From IMG/VR virus record IMGVR_UViG_3300033070_001497, positions 45,315-109,314 of that record: a DNA stretch of 64,000 bases; one strand, written 5' to 3'. The DNA is from a virus (taxonomy: Duplodnaviria; Caudoviricetes). Made by a program: the position numbers and the translations under genes. The notes beneath the pieces were generated by a model, which saw only the letters and a program-made list of their open reading frames with translations, did not search any database and was not told the origin of the DNA. Below are positions 37,076-46,276 of this stretch, piece after piece (the first letter of the stretch is position 1; each line of letters opens with the position of its first letter).

Positions 37076-39246
37076 TGGCCACAACATCAAGGTTCGTCCT
37101 CCTTTCCTCATCAGTCCTCCTAGAGTACGTTTACGCCGACCGCTCCGTGTTGAACGATGTGGGTAACCCTTACCGGGTCAACACCACGACGTATCCGATA
37201 TGGAAGCTTGACAACTCCTCCACTGGGTTTGTCCAGATCCTGAACTCGGATTCATCTGAGGTCATCCAAGACGGTTTACCGGTTGGCACAGGAAACGTAA
37301 GGAATCGGTCATGGACCAGGTTGCCAGGCAACAAAGGCGCGCTGCTTGACATCGACAAGGTCGTGTTCTACAACGACTATGATGTCAACCTCACACCGAC
37401 CGCATCGCTGCCCATATCTTTCACGAACCCACACGCCCCAGTCTACGACACGATCAAGCTGCACTTGGTCCAAGGGTTCAACTTCCAGAACCACAAGGGG
37501 TTGGCCCTGGAAGTCAAGGCCAAGGACAAGGATGGCGATGATTTCTCACTGTGCAATCTCGTTTACCTTAGGAACGATCTCTGGGAGACTCTCAACCCAT
37601 CGCCATTCTTCTTCGCCGGTAGGGTGTATGAGTCCTACCTCGAGGTAAGGGTCCTATCCCTGTACGATCTGGTCTATGACTACTGGCTTGGATCGTTGGA
37701 TGGAGACACGGTGGTTGAACGGATCACCGATGGAAACGGAGTCCTACGCACACAGCCCATCCAAATCGAGTTCTCTTGGATCAGGGAACGCTGGGTCCAG
37801 GAAGACCAGGACTATTTTGACCTGACTGAGACTGTCCAAAGGGATATTCCAGTCAGGGACCAGTTCGAGACCATTGCCGCAACAATCCAAGAGGCGACAA
37901 CCGCTGATTACATCGAGTTCTACGCTAGCCACAATGGAGCGATCATCGACCAGTTCATCACCGATCTTAACCGTTCCGGAGGCGACTACATCATCCTACA
38001 TGATCTGAATCTCTTCGAGTACGTCTCTAACCCAGAGGATGGAACGTACCACTGGGTCAAGACGGATGAGCTACAGATCTCACAGGTCGATGACTTCGAT
38101 CTCCCAAAGGTGTACCGGCCAGTCATCAAGAACGGCTCGGCCCAATCCTTCAGGATCGATTACGTCGTCAGGCTGTACAACCGGAACGACAACAGCCAGG
38201 TCTTCAAGGCAGGATCGATGATCTCTTTCGCTACTGCCAAGTACGGCCGCAAGCTGAAGCAGATCAACCTGGGCACCAACCCTATACAGACGAAGGTGTA
38301 CAACCGAAGGACGATCAAGGATTTCTCCGTGATCGCTGATAAGGATCCGCTGGCAGACCAGACGAAGTACATCACTTCCTTCGTGGACAGCCAATCGGTC
38401 TCAGTTTCCTACCAGTCGGTAGGCGAATCCACCGATTCCACTGTCCAATCAGCCGAATTCGCTAGGGTGAGGTCCAGCTCCGACAAGTCACAGGTCTATG
38501 CCAACGGGTTGGCAAGGATATTCATCCCGGAGACCACGAGCTTCCTACGGTTCGTCATACATCAACGGAGCGATAACGGTGACACCCTGCTCAACCTGAA
38601 CAGTATCGGCGACCTGAGCCTGTCATTCTCGTCCGGCAAGGGAGACGAAGTCACGATCGATGAGTTCCCGAGCGTCTTCGCATCTAAGGGCAATGGAGAG
38701 GTCATCTTCAGGATCTCCGACATCCAGGCCAAGTCGATCCTTGGGTTGGAGGATCGCACGTTCAAGATTTTCCTGAAGAACGAGAAGGGAGATCGGACAT
38801 TCGTCTACGGTGGCAAATTCTTCTCCGTCAACGAGTACCAGACGCTAGCCGAGACCGATAGGATCACGCTGCTCGAGCGGCAGAACAGGTCACAGCTCGA
38901 CACGATAGAGTCCCTCAAGGACCAAGTCGATTCGCAGCAGGCTCAGATCGCCGATCTTCTCTCGAAGTCGTTGAACCTCTCGAGCACGCTTTCCAGCGAC
39001 GAGGAGTTGATCGCTTCCCTGAAGAGGACGATCCTCGAGATGAGCCGCAAGCAGGCCGAGATCAACGGGAAGATCGACACGAACACTGACCGGACCTCTA
39101 AGGAGACTGGGATCGTGAAGCCTCCCAAGCCGAAGCCAACCGAAGCCAAGGATCCCACGCGGACTTTCCTCGAATCGAGCCTCTCGAAGAACAGGGTGAG
39201 CGTCGCTAAGGTCGACGCATCGCCCTACAAAGTCACTAAGAAATGA
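37075..39246 (+). CDS. Virion structural protein with C-terminal coiled coil
   Basis: 723-aa ORF coupled to both neighbours. Confidence 0.55.
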   Translation: MATTSRFVLLSSSVLLEYVYADRSVLNDVGNPYRVNTTTYPIWKLDNSSTGFVQILNSDSSEVIQDGLPVGTGNVRNRSWTRLPGNKGALLDIDKVVFYNDYDVNLTPTASLPISFTNPHAPVYDTIKLHLVQGFNFQNHKGLALEVKAKDKDGDDFSLCNLVYLRNDLWETLNPSPFFFAGRVYESYLEVRVLSLYDLVYDYWLGSLDGDTVVERITDGNGVLRTQPIQIEFSWIRERWVQEDQDYFDLTETVQRDIPVRDQFETIAATIQEATTADYIEFYASHNGAIIDQFITDLNRSGGDYIILHDLNLFEYVSNPEDGTYHWVKTDELQISQVDDFDLPKVYRPVIKNGSAQSFRIDYVVRLYNRNDNSQVFKAGSMISFATAKYGRKLKQINLGTNPIQTKVYNRRTIKDFSVIADKDPLADQTKYITSFVDSQSVSVSYQSVGESTDSTVQSAEFARVRSSSDKSQVYANGLARIFIPETTSFLRFVIHQRSDNGDTLLNLNSIGDLSLSFSSGKGDEVTIDEFPSVFASKGNGEVIFRISDIQAKSILGLEDRTFKIFLKNEKGDRTFVYGGKFFSVNEYQTLAETDRITLLERQNRSQLDTIESLKDQVDSQQAQIADLLSKSLNLSSTLSSDEELIASLKRTILEMSRKQAEINGKIDTNTDRTSKETGIVKPPKPKPTEAKDPTRTFLESSLSKNRVSVAKVDASPYKVTKK

Positions 39247-39809
39247 TCCACGGAGCCAGGACTGACGCGTTCAGTTTCAATTTACCGGTCGTCTTCTTTC
39301 CGAGCCACGTCAAGGACAGGTTCACGCCTTACCTCAAGAGGATGCCATCTCCGACGGATAGCATAGTCAGCCTCGTGAATTGGTCGATCCAGTCGATCAC
39401 CGTGCCGGGCATCTCATATTCTCCCGTCGAACAGACAAGGCCTGGGTTCGATGGAAAGGCCAGGGGCACCAGCAGGTATTTCAGGGGCAGCCGCCACACG
39501 GAGACGATGCTCGACAGGAAATTCGAAGTGACCTTTCGAGCGGTGGACGCGTACCTCAACTACTGGATCCTCCTAGAGACTTTCCACCACCACTACGCGT
39601 TCGACAACGAGAACCCATACACTTGTGACATGGCGGTCTATGTCAAGGACGCCGATGGCTTAGCGCTCTACTCGCTCACGTTCAGGCACGTCCTATTCAC
39701 TGGCATCGATCAGATGTCACTGAATTTCAGCGAGCAATCGTTGGATTCGAAGACTTTCAACTGCAGTTTCCAGTTCAACGAGATGGAGATAGACTTTCCC
39801 ATCCAGTGA
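39243..39809 (+). CDS. Tail tube-fold protein (gp3/gp19-like)
   Basis: IQSITVPGIS...FEVTFRAVDAYLNYW...FRHVLFTGIDQMSLNF...TFNCSFQF matches the tail completion/tube pattern. Confidence 0.65.
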   Translation: MIHGARTDAFSFNLPVVFFPSHVKDRFTPYLKRMPSPTDSIVSLVNWSIQSITVPGISYSPVEQTRPGFDGKARGTSRYFRGSRHTETMLDRKFEVTFRAVDAYLNYWILLETFHHHYAFDNENPYTCDMAVYVKDADGLALYSLTFRHVLFTGIDQMSLNFSEQSLDSKTFNCSFQFNEMEIDFPIQ

Positions 39810-39812
39810 GGC

Positions 39813-39820
39813 TATAGATA
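39813..39820 (+). promoter_or_regulatory. Putative late promoter TATAGATA
   Basis: Intergenic, 18 nt before ATG 39839. Confidence 0.55.
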
Positions 39821-39838
39821 GATTCTAACCTCAGCTAG

Positions 39839-40519
39839 ATGCATCAGCTCGTAGCGGTCGACTTCTCGATGTCGTCCACCGCAGTCTCAGTCCGAAAGGA
39901 CAACACCATCACGATCTTCTCGTTCGTCCCAAACTACGATCCTAAGCTATCCAAGTTCAGGCTCCATGGGTCGTTGGCCCCTCACGTCCAAGTGATCGGC
40001 TACGAAAGGGCAGAGAAGGTAGATGGGTACTCTGAGAACGAAGCCATCAAGCTCGGCAATGCACAAAACCTCGCAAAGGCGATAGTCATGGCCATACGAT
40101 CGACTGGGGTCCTGAAACCGAGAGTCGCCTTCGAGGGATTCTCTTTCGGATCCAGGGGCTCGTCATTCATCGACCTGATCGTCTTCAACACGTTCGCAAA
40201 GAAGCAGATCATGGACCATTTCTTCTGTCCGATCGAGGTCATATCGCCAGCGACGATCAAGAGGCATTTCTCCGGAAAAGGGAACGCCACGAAGTCGGAG
40301 ATGTTCCAGGCTTTCCTTGAGCGGCCATCAGCGTTCCGAGACCACGTCTCATCGCTCGTGGGCCCACTCGCGCCTGAGAAGGACCCACCAAAGCCGATAG
40401 ACGACGTCGTCGACTCATTGGCAATCTTGGGTTGGATGTCAGGAGAAGAACCTAAGGCCCAAGAAAAGGCCCCGAAGGCCAAAAAGGCCCCGAAGAAGTC
40501 CGCCGGTCAGAAGCCCTAA
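39839..40519 (+). CDS. RuvC-like Holliday junction resolvase
   Basis: VAVDFS (D), VAFEGFSFGS (E), SPATIKRHFSGKGNATK, KPIDDVVDS (DxxD). Confidence 0.8.
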   Translation: MHQLVAVDFSMSSTAVSVRKDNTITIFSFVPNYDPKLSKFRLHGSLAPHVQVIGYERAEKVDGYSENEAIKLGNAQNLAKAIVMAIRSTGVLKPRVAFEGFSFGSRGSSFIDLIVFNTFAKKQIMDHFFCPIEVISPATIKRHFSGKGNATKSEMFQAFLERPSAFRDHVSSLVGPLAPEKDPPKPIDDVVDSLAILGWMSGEEPKAQEKAPKAKKAPKKSAGQKP

Positions 40520-40619
40520 GGTTCATGCCCTTGACTTCTTTGGAAGGTTCAGAAATTCTATGCATCCCATGACAAGTGCAACCACATGTCCACAACTATT
40601 TACCAGTCAACCATCGACA

Positions 40620-40739
40620 GATAAATAGGAAAAACACAGAACGCGAATGACAGCATAAAGACGAACCCCAAACCGCACATAAGACAACGCAAACCAAACG
40701 CCGAAAGGCAAAGAACAGCAAACCAAAAACACAAACCAA
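40620..40739 (+). promoter_or_regulatory. Late promoter GATAAATA plus A/C-rich, T-depleted leader of the SSB gene
   Basis: GATAAATA at 40620-40627; only 3 T in 40628-40739 and none in 40681-40739. Confidence 0.6.
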
Positions 40740-41699
40740 ATGGACAACAACGACATCTTCAACCTCAAGTTCGACGACTTCGCCATCCCAAAGAAGGAGC
40801 AGAAGTCCGCGGGTTACAAGCCTGATCCGGCCAAAGCGAAAGACGGAGTCTACAAGGCGATCATCCGCTTCATTCCGAACCTCAAGGATCCCACGTTCAA
40901 GGGATCGGTCATCAGCAAGACCACTTACTGGTTGAAGGACGATCCGAACTCCTTTGGAGTCGATTGCCCAACGTCGATCGGCGAGAAGTCGATCATCAAC
41001 GAGACGTTCTGGAAGCTGAAGAACTCAGACAGTGCCTACGAGCAGAACAAGGCGACGCAGCTCCAACGCAAGAAGAAGCACTTCGCCTACATCTACATCG
41101 TGAAGGACTTCCAGGACTCTGAGCTCGACGGCACAGTCCAGCTCTACTCGTTCCCAACGAAGATCTACGAGAAGATCGAGGCCCAGCTCCAGCCAGACAA
41201 GGAAGCGATCGAAATGGGCGCCGAACCGGCGAACATCTTCGACTTCTTCGAAGGCAAGGACTTCCTCCTCAAGATCAAGGTGAAGGCCGACTACTGGAAC
41301 TACGACGACTGCCAATTCGTCGCCAACAAGAGCGCGATCAAGGTGAATGGCACCGTCATGGAGCGCAACCAGGAGTGCTTCGAACAGATCAAGAAGCTCT
41401 ACGACAACGTTCGTCCTCTCGAGGACTTCAAGTACAAGCCATGGGATAGCGAGACGCGCGCGAAGGTGCATGCGTTCCTCCACGAGCTGACGGGCGGCAA
41501 CGTCCCATCGGCGGCGATCTCGAAGGTCTCCAAGCCAGATGCCAAGCCGACCGGCAAGCCAGCTGCGGTGCACGCTGACACGTCGGCCGAAGGATCTGAC
41601 CTTGTGCTCGAGAAGAACGATGCCGATGAGAAGTCCACTGCTCCTAGCTCCGAAGAAGGAGAGGACATGGAAAGCTTCCTCAAGCAGTTCGAGGCCTGA
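40740..41699 (+). CDS. Single-stranded DNA-binding protein (T4 gp32-like)
   Basis: AIIRFIP, DCPTSIGEK, IFDFFEGKDFLLKIKVKADYWNYDDCQF, acidic C-terminal tail. Confidence 0.9.
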   Translation: MDNNDIFNLKFDDFAIPKKEQKSAGYKPDPAKAKDGVYKAIIRFIPNLKDPTFKGSVISKTTYWLKDDPNSFGVDCPTSIGEKSIINETFWKLKNSDSAYEQNKATQLQRKKKHFAYIYIVKDFQDSELDGTVQLYSFPTKIYEKIEAQLQPDKEAIEMGAEPANIFDFFEGKDFLLKIKVKADYWNYDDCQFVANKSAIKVNGTVMERNQECFEQIKKLYDNVRPLEDFKYKPWDSETRAKVHAFLHELTGGNVPSAAISKVSKPDAKPTGKPAAVHADTSAEGSDLVLEKNDADEKSTAPSSEEGEDMESFLKQFEA

Positions 41700-41720
41700 T
41701 CACATCTGAAAGCAGCAGAG

Positions 41721-41749
41721 AAGAGGAGAGCGAAAGCTCTCCTCTTTCA
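41721..41749 (+). terminator. Stem-loop after SSB (terminator or stabiliser)
   Basis: AAGAGGAGAGC-GAAA-GCTCTCCTCTT is a perfect 11-bp stem with a GAAA tetraloop and only a short T run. Confidence 0.7.
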
Positions 41750-41760
41750 GCATCACAGAG

Positions 41761-42801
41761 ATGGTATCCAGGGAAAAGCTAACATCGAAGGTTCAACAGA
41801 TCCTCGACGACCGGTTCACCGGCGATAGGGCCAAGGTAAGGGCCTTCCACGACCGTCTCAACTTCGCGTGCCCCTACTGTGGCGATTCGTCAGACGACAG
41901 TCGAAAGAAAAGGGCAAACATCTACTGGAAGAACTACAGCTTCCACTGCTTCAATGGCGGTTGCCCTAACCCATCATCGACCCTTCTCAAGTTCTTCGCC
42001 GATCATGGCCAAAGGATCGGTGACATAGGCGACATCGATGAGATCTCGTCTGTCATCCATGAGGCAAGGAACAGCGCGAAGCGCTCGAGCTCCATCGAGT
42101 TCAACCAGTTCATCGAGCTCGAGCGCTGGGCGGTACCAATGCAGGAGATCGACCGGGCATTAGGGCTCACGAGTGTGGATGGCTCGGCCTTTGCAGCTGA
42201 ATACCTCCGTTCCAGGAAGATCTCTGGGCACAGGGAGATGCTGAGGTTCGGCAAGCGGGATAGATGCATCTACATCTTCAACCTGACCGCTGACCACAGC
42301 TCAGCGATAGGGTACCAGATCGCCAAGCTCGGAGGCCCATCGAAGTACCTCTCGTTCAACCTCGAACGGTTGAACTTCGAGGTCGGAAGGAAAGTCGAGT
42401 TGGATCCAGAGACACTCGCACGGACAAACACACTGAGCCTCTTCTTCGGCCTTCTGCAGTGCGATTTCTCGAGGCCGGTCACGATCTTCGAGGGAGTGTT
42501 CGATTCCCTTTTCATGGAGAACTCCATCGCGGCGGCTGGCCTCAAGCGCGATCTCTCGCTCTTCAGCGGCAACAACTCGAGGTTCATGCTCGACAACGAC
42601 CAAAGCGGATTCACAGTCGCTAAGGATCTCCTCAAATCGAGGCAATCGGTCTTCATGTGGAAGAAGTTCCTCCGTGAATGCGGGATGGACACCTCCATAA
42701 AGGACCTCAACCAATTCGTCATAGAGTCACATGGCAGCACGGCGCAAAAGGATCCAGGACAGTACTTTACTCGAGATCCTCTCGACCTCATCTACGTCTG
42801 A
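41761..42801 (+). CDS. DNA primase (gp61-like)
   Basis: NFACPYCGDS...FHCFNGGC zinc finger; TOPRIM IFEGVFDSLF, LDND, IKDLN. Confidence 0.9.
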   Translation: MVSREKLTSKVQQILDDRFTGDRAKVRAFHDRLNFACPYCGDSSDDSRKKRANIYWKNYSFHCFNGGCPNPSSTLLKFFADHGQRIGDIGDIDEISSVIHEARNSAKRSSSIEFNQFIELERWAVPMQEIDRALGLTSVDGSAFAAEYLRSRKISGHREMLRFGKRDRCIYIFNLTADHSSAIGYQIAKLGGPSKYLSFNLERLNFEVGRKVELDPETLARTNTLSLFFGLLQCDFSRPVTIFEGVFDSLFMENSIAAAGLKRDLSLFSGNNSRFMLDNDQSGFTVAKDLLKSRQSVFMWKKFLRECGMDTSIKDLNQFVIESHGSTAQKDPGQYFTRDPLDLIYV

Positions 42802-42967
42802 TAGGAAGCCCAAGAAGAGGGCCAAGCCGAGCTTCAACGGTGGATTGTTGGATGAGGTGGAATTCAGTGGATTTGAGCTTCGCGACGGGATTCCGGGCAT
42901 AGAACCCGAGCCAATCAAGCGGAGTCGCACATTCACTAAGAAGGACAAAGGGTCCAAGCTTTTCTGA
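42731..42967 (+). CDS. Small hypothetical protein (start uncertain)
   Basis: Fills the primase-UvsY gap; TGATG-coupled to the next gene. Confidence 0.45.
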   Translation: MAARRKRIQDSTLLEILSTSSTSDRKPKKRAKPSFNGGLLDEVEFSGFELRDGIPGIEPEPIKRSRTFTKKDKGSKLF

Positions 42968-43449
42968 TGGAAACCAAGCCGGTCGAGGACACACAAAGGA
43001 TCACCGAGGAGCAGAAGTGCGACAAGCTGGACGAGGTCTTCAAGACGGAGCGCGACAAGTGGTCGGTCCTGATCAAGGACCTCGTTGCCAAGGTGAAGGA
43101 CGTGACCGCGATCACTGAGGCCCAGGCCACGATGCTCTCTTACCGGCACATCTTCAACGACCAGATCGCGAAGTACAGATCCACCCTCGCGAAGAGGAAG
43201 GCCGGTAATTCCAAGCAGTGGCAGATCAGGTTCAACTACTACAAGACCCCGAACCCTAACCTCCAGATCCGTTACCAGGATAGGGAGCTCCAGGAGCACA
43301 TCAAAGCCGACCTCGCGTTCCGCACGAGGGAGAACGACATCCTCATGAACCAGATCACTTGGTTCGAGGACGCCGTCCAGACGATGGACAAGCTAGGCTA
43401 CTCGATCAAGGTTGCCGTGGACCTGGAAACAAAGCTCAAGTACCATTGA
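42967..43449 (+). CDS. Recombination mediator UvsY-like
   Basis: Helical 160-aa protein immediately upstream of UvsW; TMDKLGYSIKVAVD resembles the UvsY C-terminal (RGFxIKNA) region. Confidence 0.55.
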   Translation: METKPVEDTQRITEEQKCDKLDEVFKTERDKWSVLIKDLVAKVKDVTAITEAQATMLSYRHIFNDQIAKYRSTLAKRKAGNSKQWQIRFNYYKTPNPNLQIRYQDRELQEHIKADLAFRTRENDILMNQITWFEDAVQTMDKLGYSIKVAVDLETKLKYH

Positions 43450-44954
43450 TCTGGAAGCTCATCAATGGCGATAGGACGCTGTGCTTGGTCGAGGCCAGCA
43501 AGCTGGAGGTAGACCAGCTCCGGCTCTCCTTCACGAAGACGATCCCAACCGCAAGGTTCGATCCAAGGGTGAGGGCTGGCCACTGGGATGGCAAGATCTC
43601 GTACTTTCGGTCTGACCGTTACCTGCCTTCGGGGCTATGGGGAGAGCTGGTGGAGATGGCGGAATCGTTCGACTTCAGCCTGGAGATCGAGGACATCGAG
43701 CGCCTGTTCGACCACTCGATAGACGAGCAGGAGTTCAAATCCTGGGTGGAATCGAAGTGGAAGGATGCAGAGCTCAAGCCGCGCGATTACCAGATCCAGT
43801 CGGCCTACAAGATCCTGAGGACCAGGAATTGTCTCTCTGAGCTCGCGACCTCGGCCGGTAAGTCTCTCATCATCTACATGGTCCTGGGGTACCTGTTGGA
43901 ACGCGGTGATTCCAAGAGGGTCCTCATGATCGTCCCGAACACTGACCTGGTGATCCAGGCCTCCGAGGACTTCGAGCAGTACAACTCCGAATCGGTCAGG
44001 GTCGACCTGAACATCCAGCAGATCTACGGCGGCTCCAAACTCAAGGAATCCTCGAACGTTGTCATCGGCACCTACCAGTCGCTGATCAACAAGACCGAGG
44101 CCTACTTCGTGCACTTCGACACCGTCGTCGTGGACGAGACCCACCGTGCCAAGGGCTACTCGATCAGGAGCATCCTCGAGAAGTGCATCAACTCCACACG
44201 AAGGTTCGGCCTCTCTGGGACGATCCCTAAGGTCGGTACCCTTGACCGGTTGACCATCATGTCGTACACCGGCCCGGTCGTGAGCACCGTCAAGGCCGAT
44301 TTCCTTTCGAAGAAGGGGTACATCTCCAAGTGCAAGGTGATCGTGGTGGAGATGGACTATGCGGCCAAGGAGGTCAAGGAGGCATTCGAGACGATCTACG
44401 ACAGTGGGCCAGACCAACGCAAGACACTTTTCAACCTCGAGAAGAACTATGCGATCGAGTCCAAGGGCAGGCTATCGTTCATCACAGATTTCATCCTCAA
44501 GGTCAGGAAGAATTCGCTAGTCCTCTTCCACCGGGTCGAGTATGGGCAGGCCCTGTACAACGCCCTCAGGGCCAAGACGGAGAGGCCGGTGTTCCACATC
44601 GACGGAGGGACCGAGAAGGATTTCCGGGAATCATTCAAGGATGACATGGAGGAAGGCGTCGACAAGATCATGGTCGCCTCGTTCGGAACGTTCTCCACTG
44701 GCATCAACGTCAAGAACATCCATGCGGTCTTCCTGACCGAATCCTTCAAATCGGAGGTCATCATCCGTCAGAGCATTGGCCGTGGGCTCAGGCTCCACGA
44801 CGATAAGGACCGGTTGCTGGTGATCGACTTTGCGGACGATTACTCGATCAACTCGTTCGAGAACTATCTCATGGACCACTCCAAGGAGCGTAGGGCCATC
44901 TACAAACAGGAGAAGTTCCCATTCGAGGTGCGTCGGGTCAAGTTCGAAGCGTGA
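43446..44954 (+). CDS. uvsW: SF2 DNA helicase UvsW
   Basis: WDGKI, PRDYQ, ATSAGKS, DETH, GLSGT, FSTGINVKNIH, QSIGRGLR; likely TTG start at 43446 overlapping the upstream TGA. Confidence 0.92.
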   Translation: MIWKLINGDRTLCLVEASKLEVDQLRLSFTKTIPTARFDPRVRAGHWDGKISYFRSDRYLPSGLWGELVEMAESFDFSLEIEDIERLFDHSIDEQEFKSWVESKWKDAELKPRDYQIQSAYKILRTRNCLSELATSAGKSLIIYMVLGYLLERGDSKRVLMIVPNTDLVIQASEDFEQYNSESVRVDLNIQQIYGGSKLKESSNVVIGTYQSLINKTEAYFVHFDTVVVDETHRAKGYSIRSILEKCINSTRRFGLSGTIPKVGTLDRLTIMSYTGPVVSTVKADFLSKKGYISKCKVIVVEMDYAAKEVKEAFETIYDSGPDQRKTLFNLEKNYAIESKGRLSFITDFILKVRKNSLVLFHRVEYGQALYNALRAKTERPVFHIDGGTEKDFRESFKDDMEEGVDKIMVASFGTFSTGINVKNIHAVFLTESFKSEVIIRQSIGRGLRLHDDKDRLLVIDFADDYSINSFENYLMDHSKERRAIYKQEKFPFEVRRVKFEA

Positions 44955-44962
44955 CCCAGACC

Positions 44963-44970
44963 GATAGATA
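44963..44970 (+). promoter_or_regulatory. Putative late promoter GATAGATA
   Basis: 4 nt before ATG 44975. Confidence 0.6.
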
Positions 44971-44974
44971 AGCC

Positions 44975-45196
44975 ATGCTACGCTACGGCCAGTTCGTCGC
45001 CCTCAACAAGGACATCACTGCCAAGAAGGACCTCGAGAACCGCCAGAACGAGTACAACCGTTTTGCGTCCGAGGCGCTTTCCAAGTTTGGGGCTTCGACG
45101 ATCCATGATCTCACGGACGAGGACTATGACCTCTTCTTGGAAGAAATGAAGCGTTACAGGCGGGCTAAGATGGTCTCCGAAACCAAAGGCCGGTGA
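44975..45196 (+). CDS. Small hypothetical (possible internal head) protein
   Basis: MLRYGQFV N-terminus; preceded by a late-promoter motif. Confidence 0.6.
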   Translation: MLRYGQFVALNKDITAKKDLENRQNEYNRFASEALSKFGASTIHDLTDEDYDLFLEEMKRYRRAKMVSETKGR

Positions 45197-46275
45197 AAAA
45201 CTTACGCGACACATATCTGGAGCTCGGGGCCTCAGGGTTCAGGAGCTTGATGAGAGAGCACATAAGCGTCATCGAGCGCTTCGACGCCCCGAAGATCCGG
45301 GTCTGGAAGGACGGGGAATCCCTAGCCTTTGGCAAACGAGACAGGGACCTGAACCTCATCGACCGGGTCCTGGATCCCAGCATCTCGGGGCCAATGGCCG
45401 TCCTGGAATCGATGGATCGATCCGTCTTCCAGGATGGGTTCGTCTACGAGTTCAGCTGCTTCGATTCGGTGAAGCCGGTATCCTTCGAGTATGAGAGGAT
45501 GCCCAAGGATGGGTTGGTCTACATGTGCAAGCGCAAGGGCCAATCGATAATCGAGAGGCCCGACTTTGACATGCAGTTCGAGAGCGCCGTCCTTTGGCAG
45601 GGCAACCTGAGCGATAGGATGGTCGACCAGTTCGTCGGGATCGCCAAGGCTTCGCTCTCCGCTGGCATCGGTCCAAGCCGCGTGCTGGAGATCGTTGGCG
45701 CCACCCCGACGTTGAACGAGTCTGCGACCTATGGGCTGGTCATCAGGGCCGGCAAATGGAACCCCGTCTATTTCTCCATCAACGACTCGGTGAACGAATC
45801 GTTCCGTGAGAATGCGATCCAACGCAGGGACCCTATCGATTTCCATGGGATCATCCTCTGTGACTTCATCGATTTCTGTGAGGTTGGAGCAAAGCTCGAT
45901 GAGGCTATAGGGCACGTCGGAGACGTGCACGAGAGGTTCCTGACCTCAGTCTCTAACCTTTACCTGCAGTACATGGCCGACCGGCCTGGGATCTTCGATG
46001 GGGTCGAGATCTCCGATCGCGATTTTGGCGTGGACGAGAAACTGATCATGCCCGAGGTCTCGGAGACATTCAAGGGCCACGTGAACAACAAGAAGGTGTT
46101 CCAGATGATCCTCCAGTCCCTCTACTCCCCGAAGAAGAAACCGACTGGGACCCTGACCGAATCCATCCTTCAGACTATAAATAGGATCCGGAACCGGATC
46201 ACCGAAGCGATAAGGATCACGTCAGGCGATGAACCCATCACTTTCTCCGAGTACCTCCTAACAAAAAAGATCTGA
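45193..46275 (+). CDS. Degenerate RNA-ligase-fold protein
   Basis: VIERFDA (motif I KxDG-like), VLWQGNL, TYGLVIR (motif IV EGxVIR-like). Confidence 0.4.
   Translation: MKNLRDTYLELGASGFRSLMREHISVIERFDAPKIRVWKDGESLAFGKRDRDLNLIDRVLDPSISGPMAVLESMDRSVFQDGFVYEFSCFDSVKPVSFEYERMPKDGLVYMCKRKGQSIIERPDFDMQFESAVLWQGNLSDRMVDQFVGIAKASLSAGIGPSRVLEIVGATPTLNESATYGLVIRAGKWNPVYFSINDSVNESFRENAIQRRDPIDFHGIILCDFIDFCEVGAKLDEAIGHVGDVHERFLTSVSNLYLQYMADRPGIFDGVEISDRDFGVDEKLIMPEVSETFKGHVNNKKVFQMILQSLYSPKKKPTGTLTESILQTINRIRNRITEAIRITSGDEPITFSEYLLTKKI
46176..46183 (+). promoter_or_regulatory. Canonical late promoter TATAAATA (inside CDS)
   Basis: Exact match about 94 nt upstream of 46277. Confidence 0.45.
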
Positions 46276-46276
46276 T

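Noticed and set aside
40561-40590. Possible T4 gene 32-like pseudoknot (TGCA/TGCA, GACA/TGTC)
   Set aside because: The stems are only 4 bp each and lie upstream of the putative late promoter; not distinguishable from chance without covariation.
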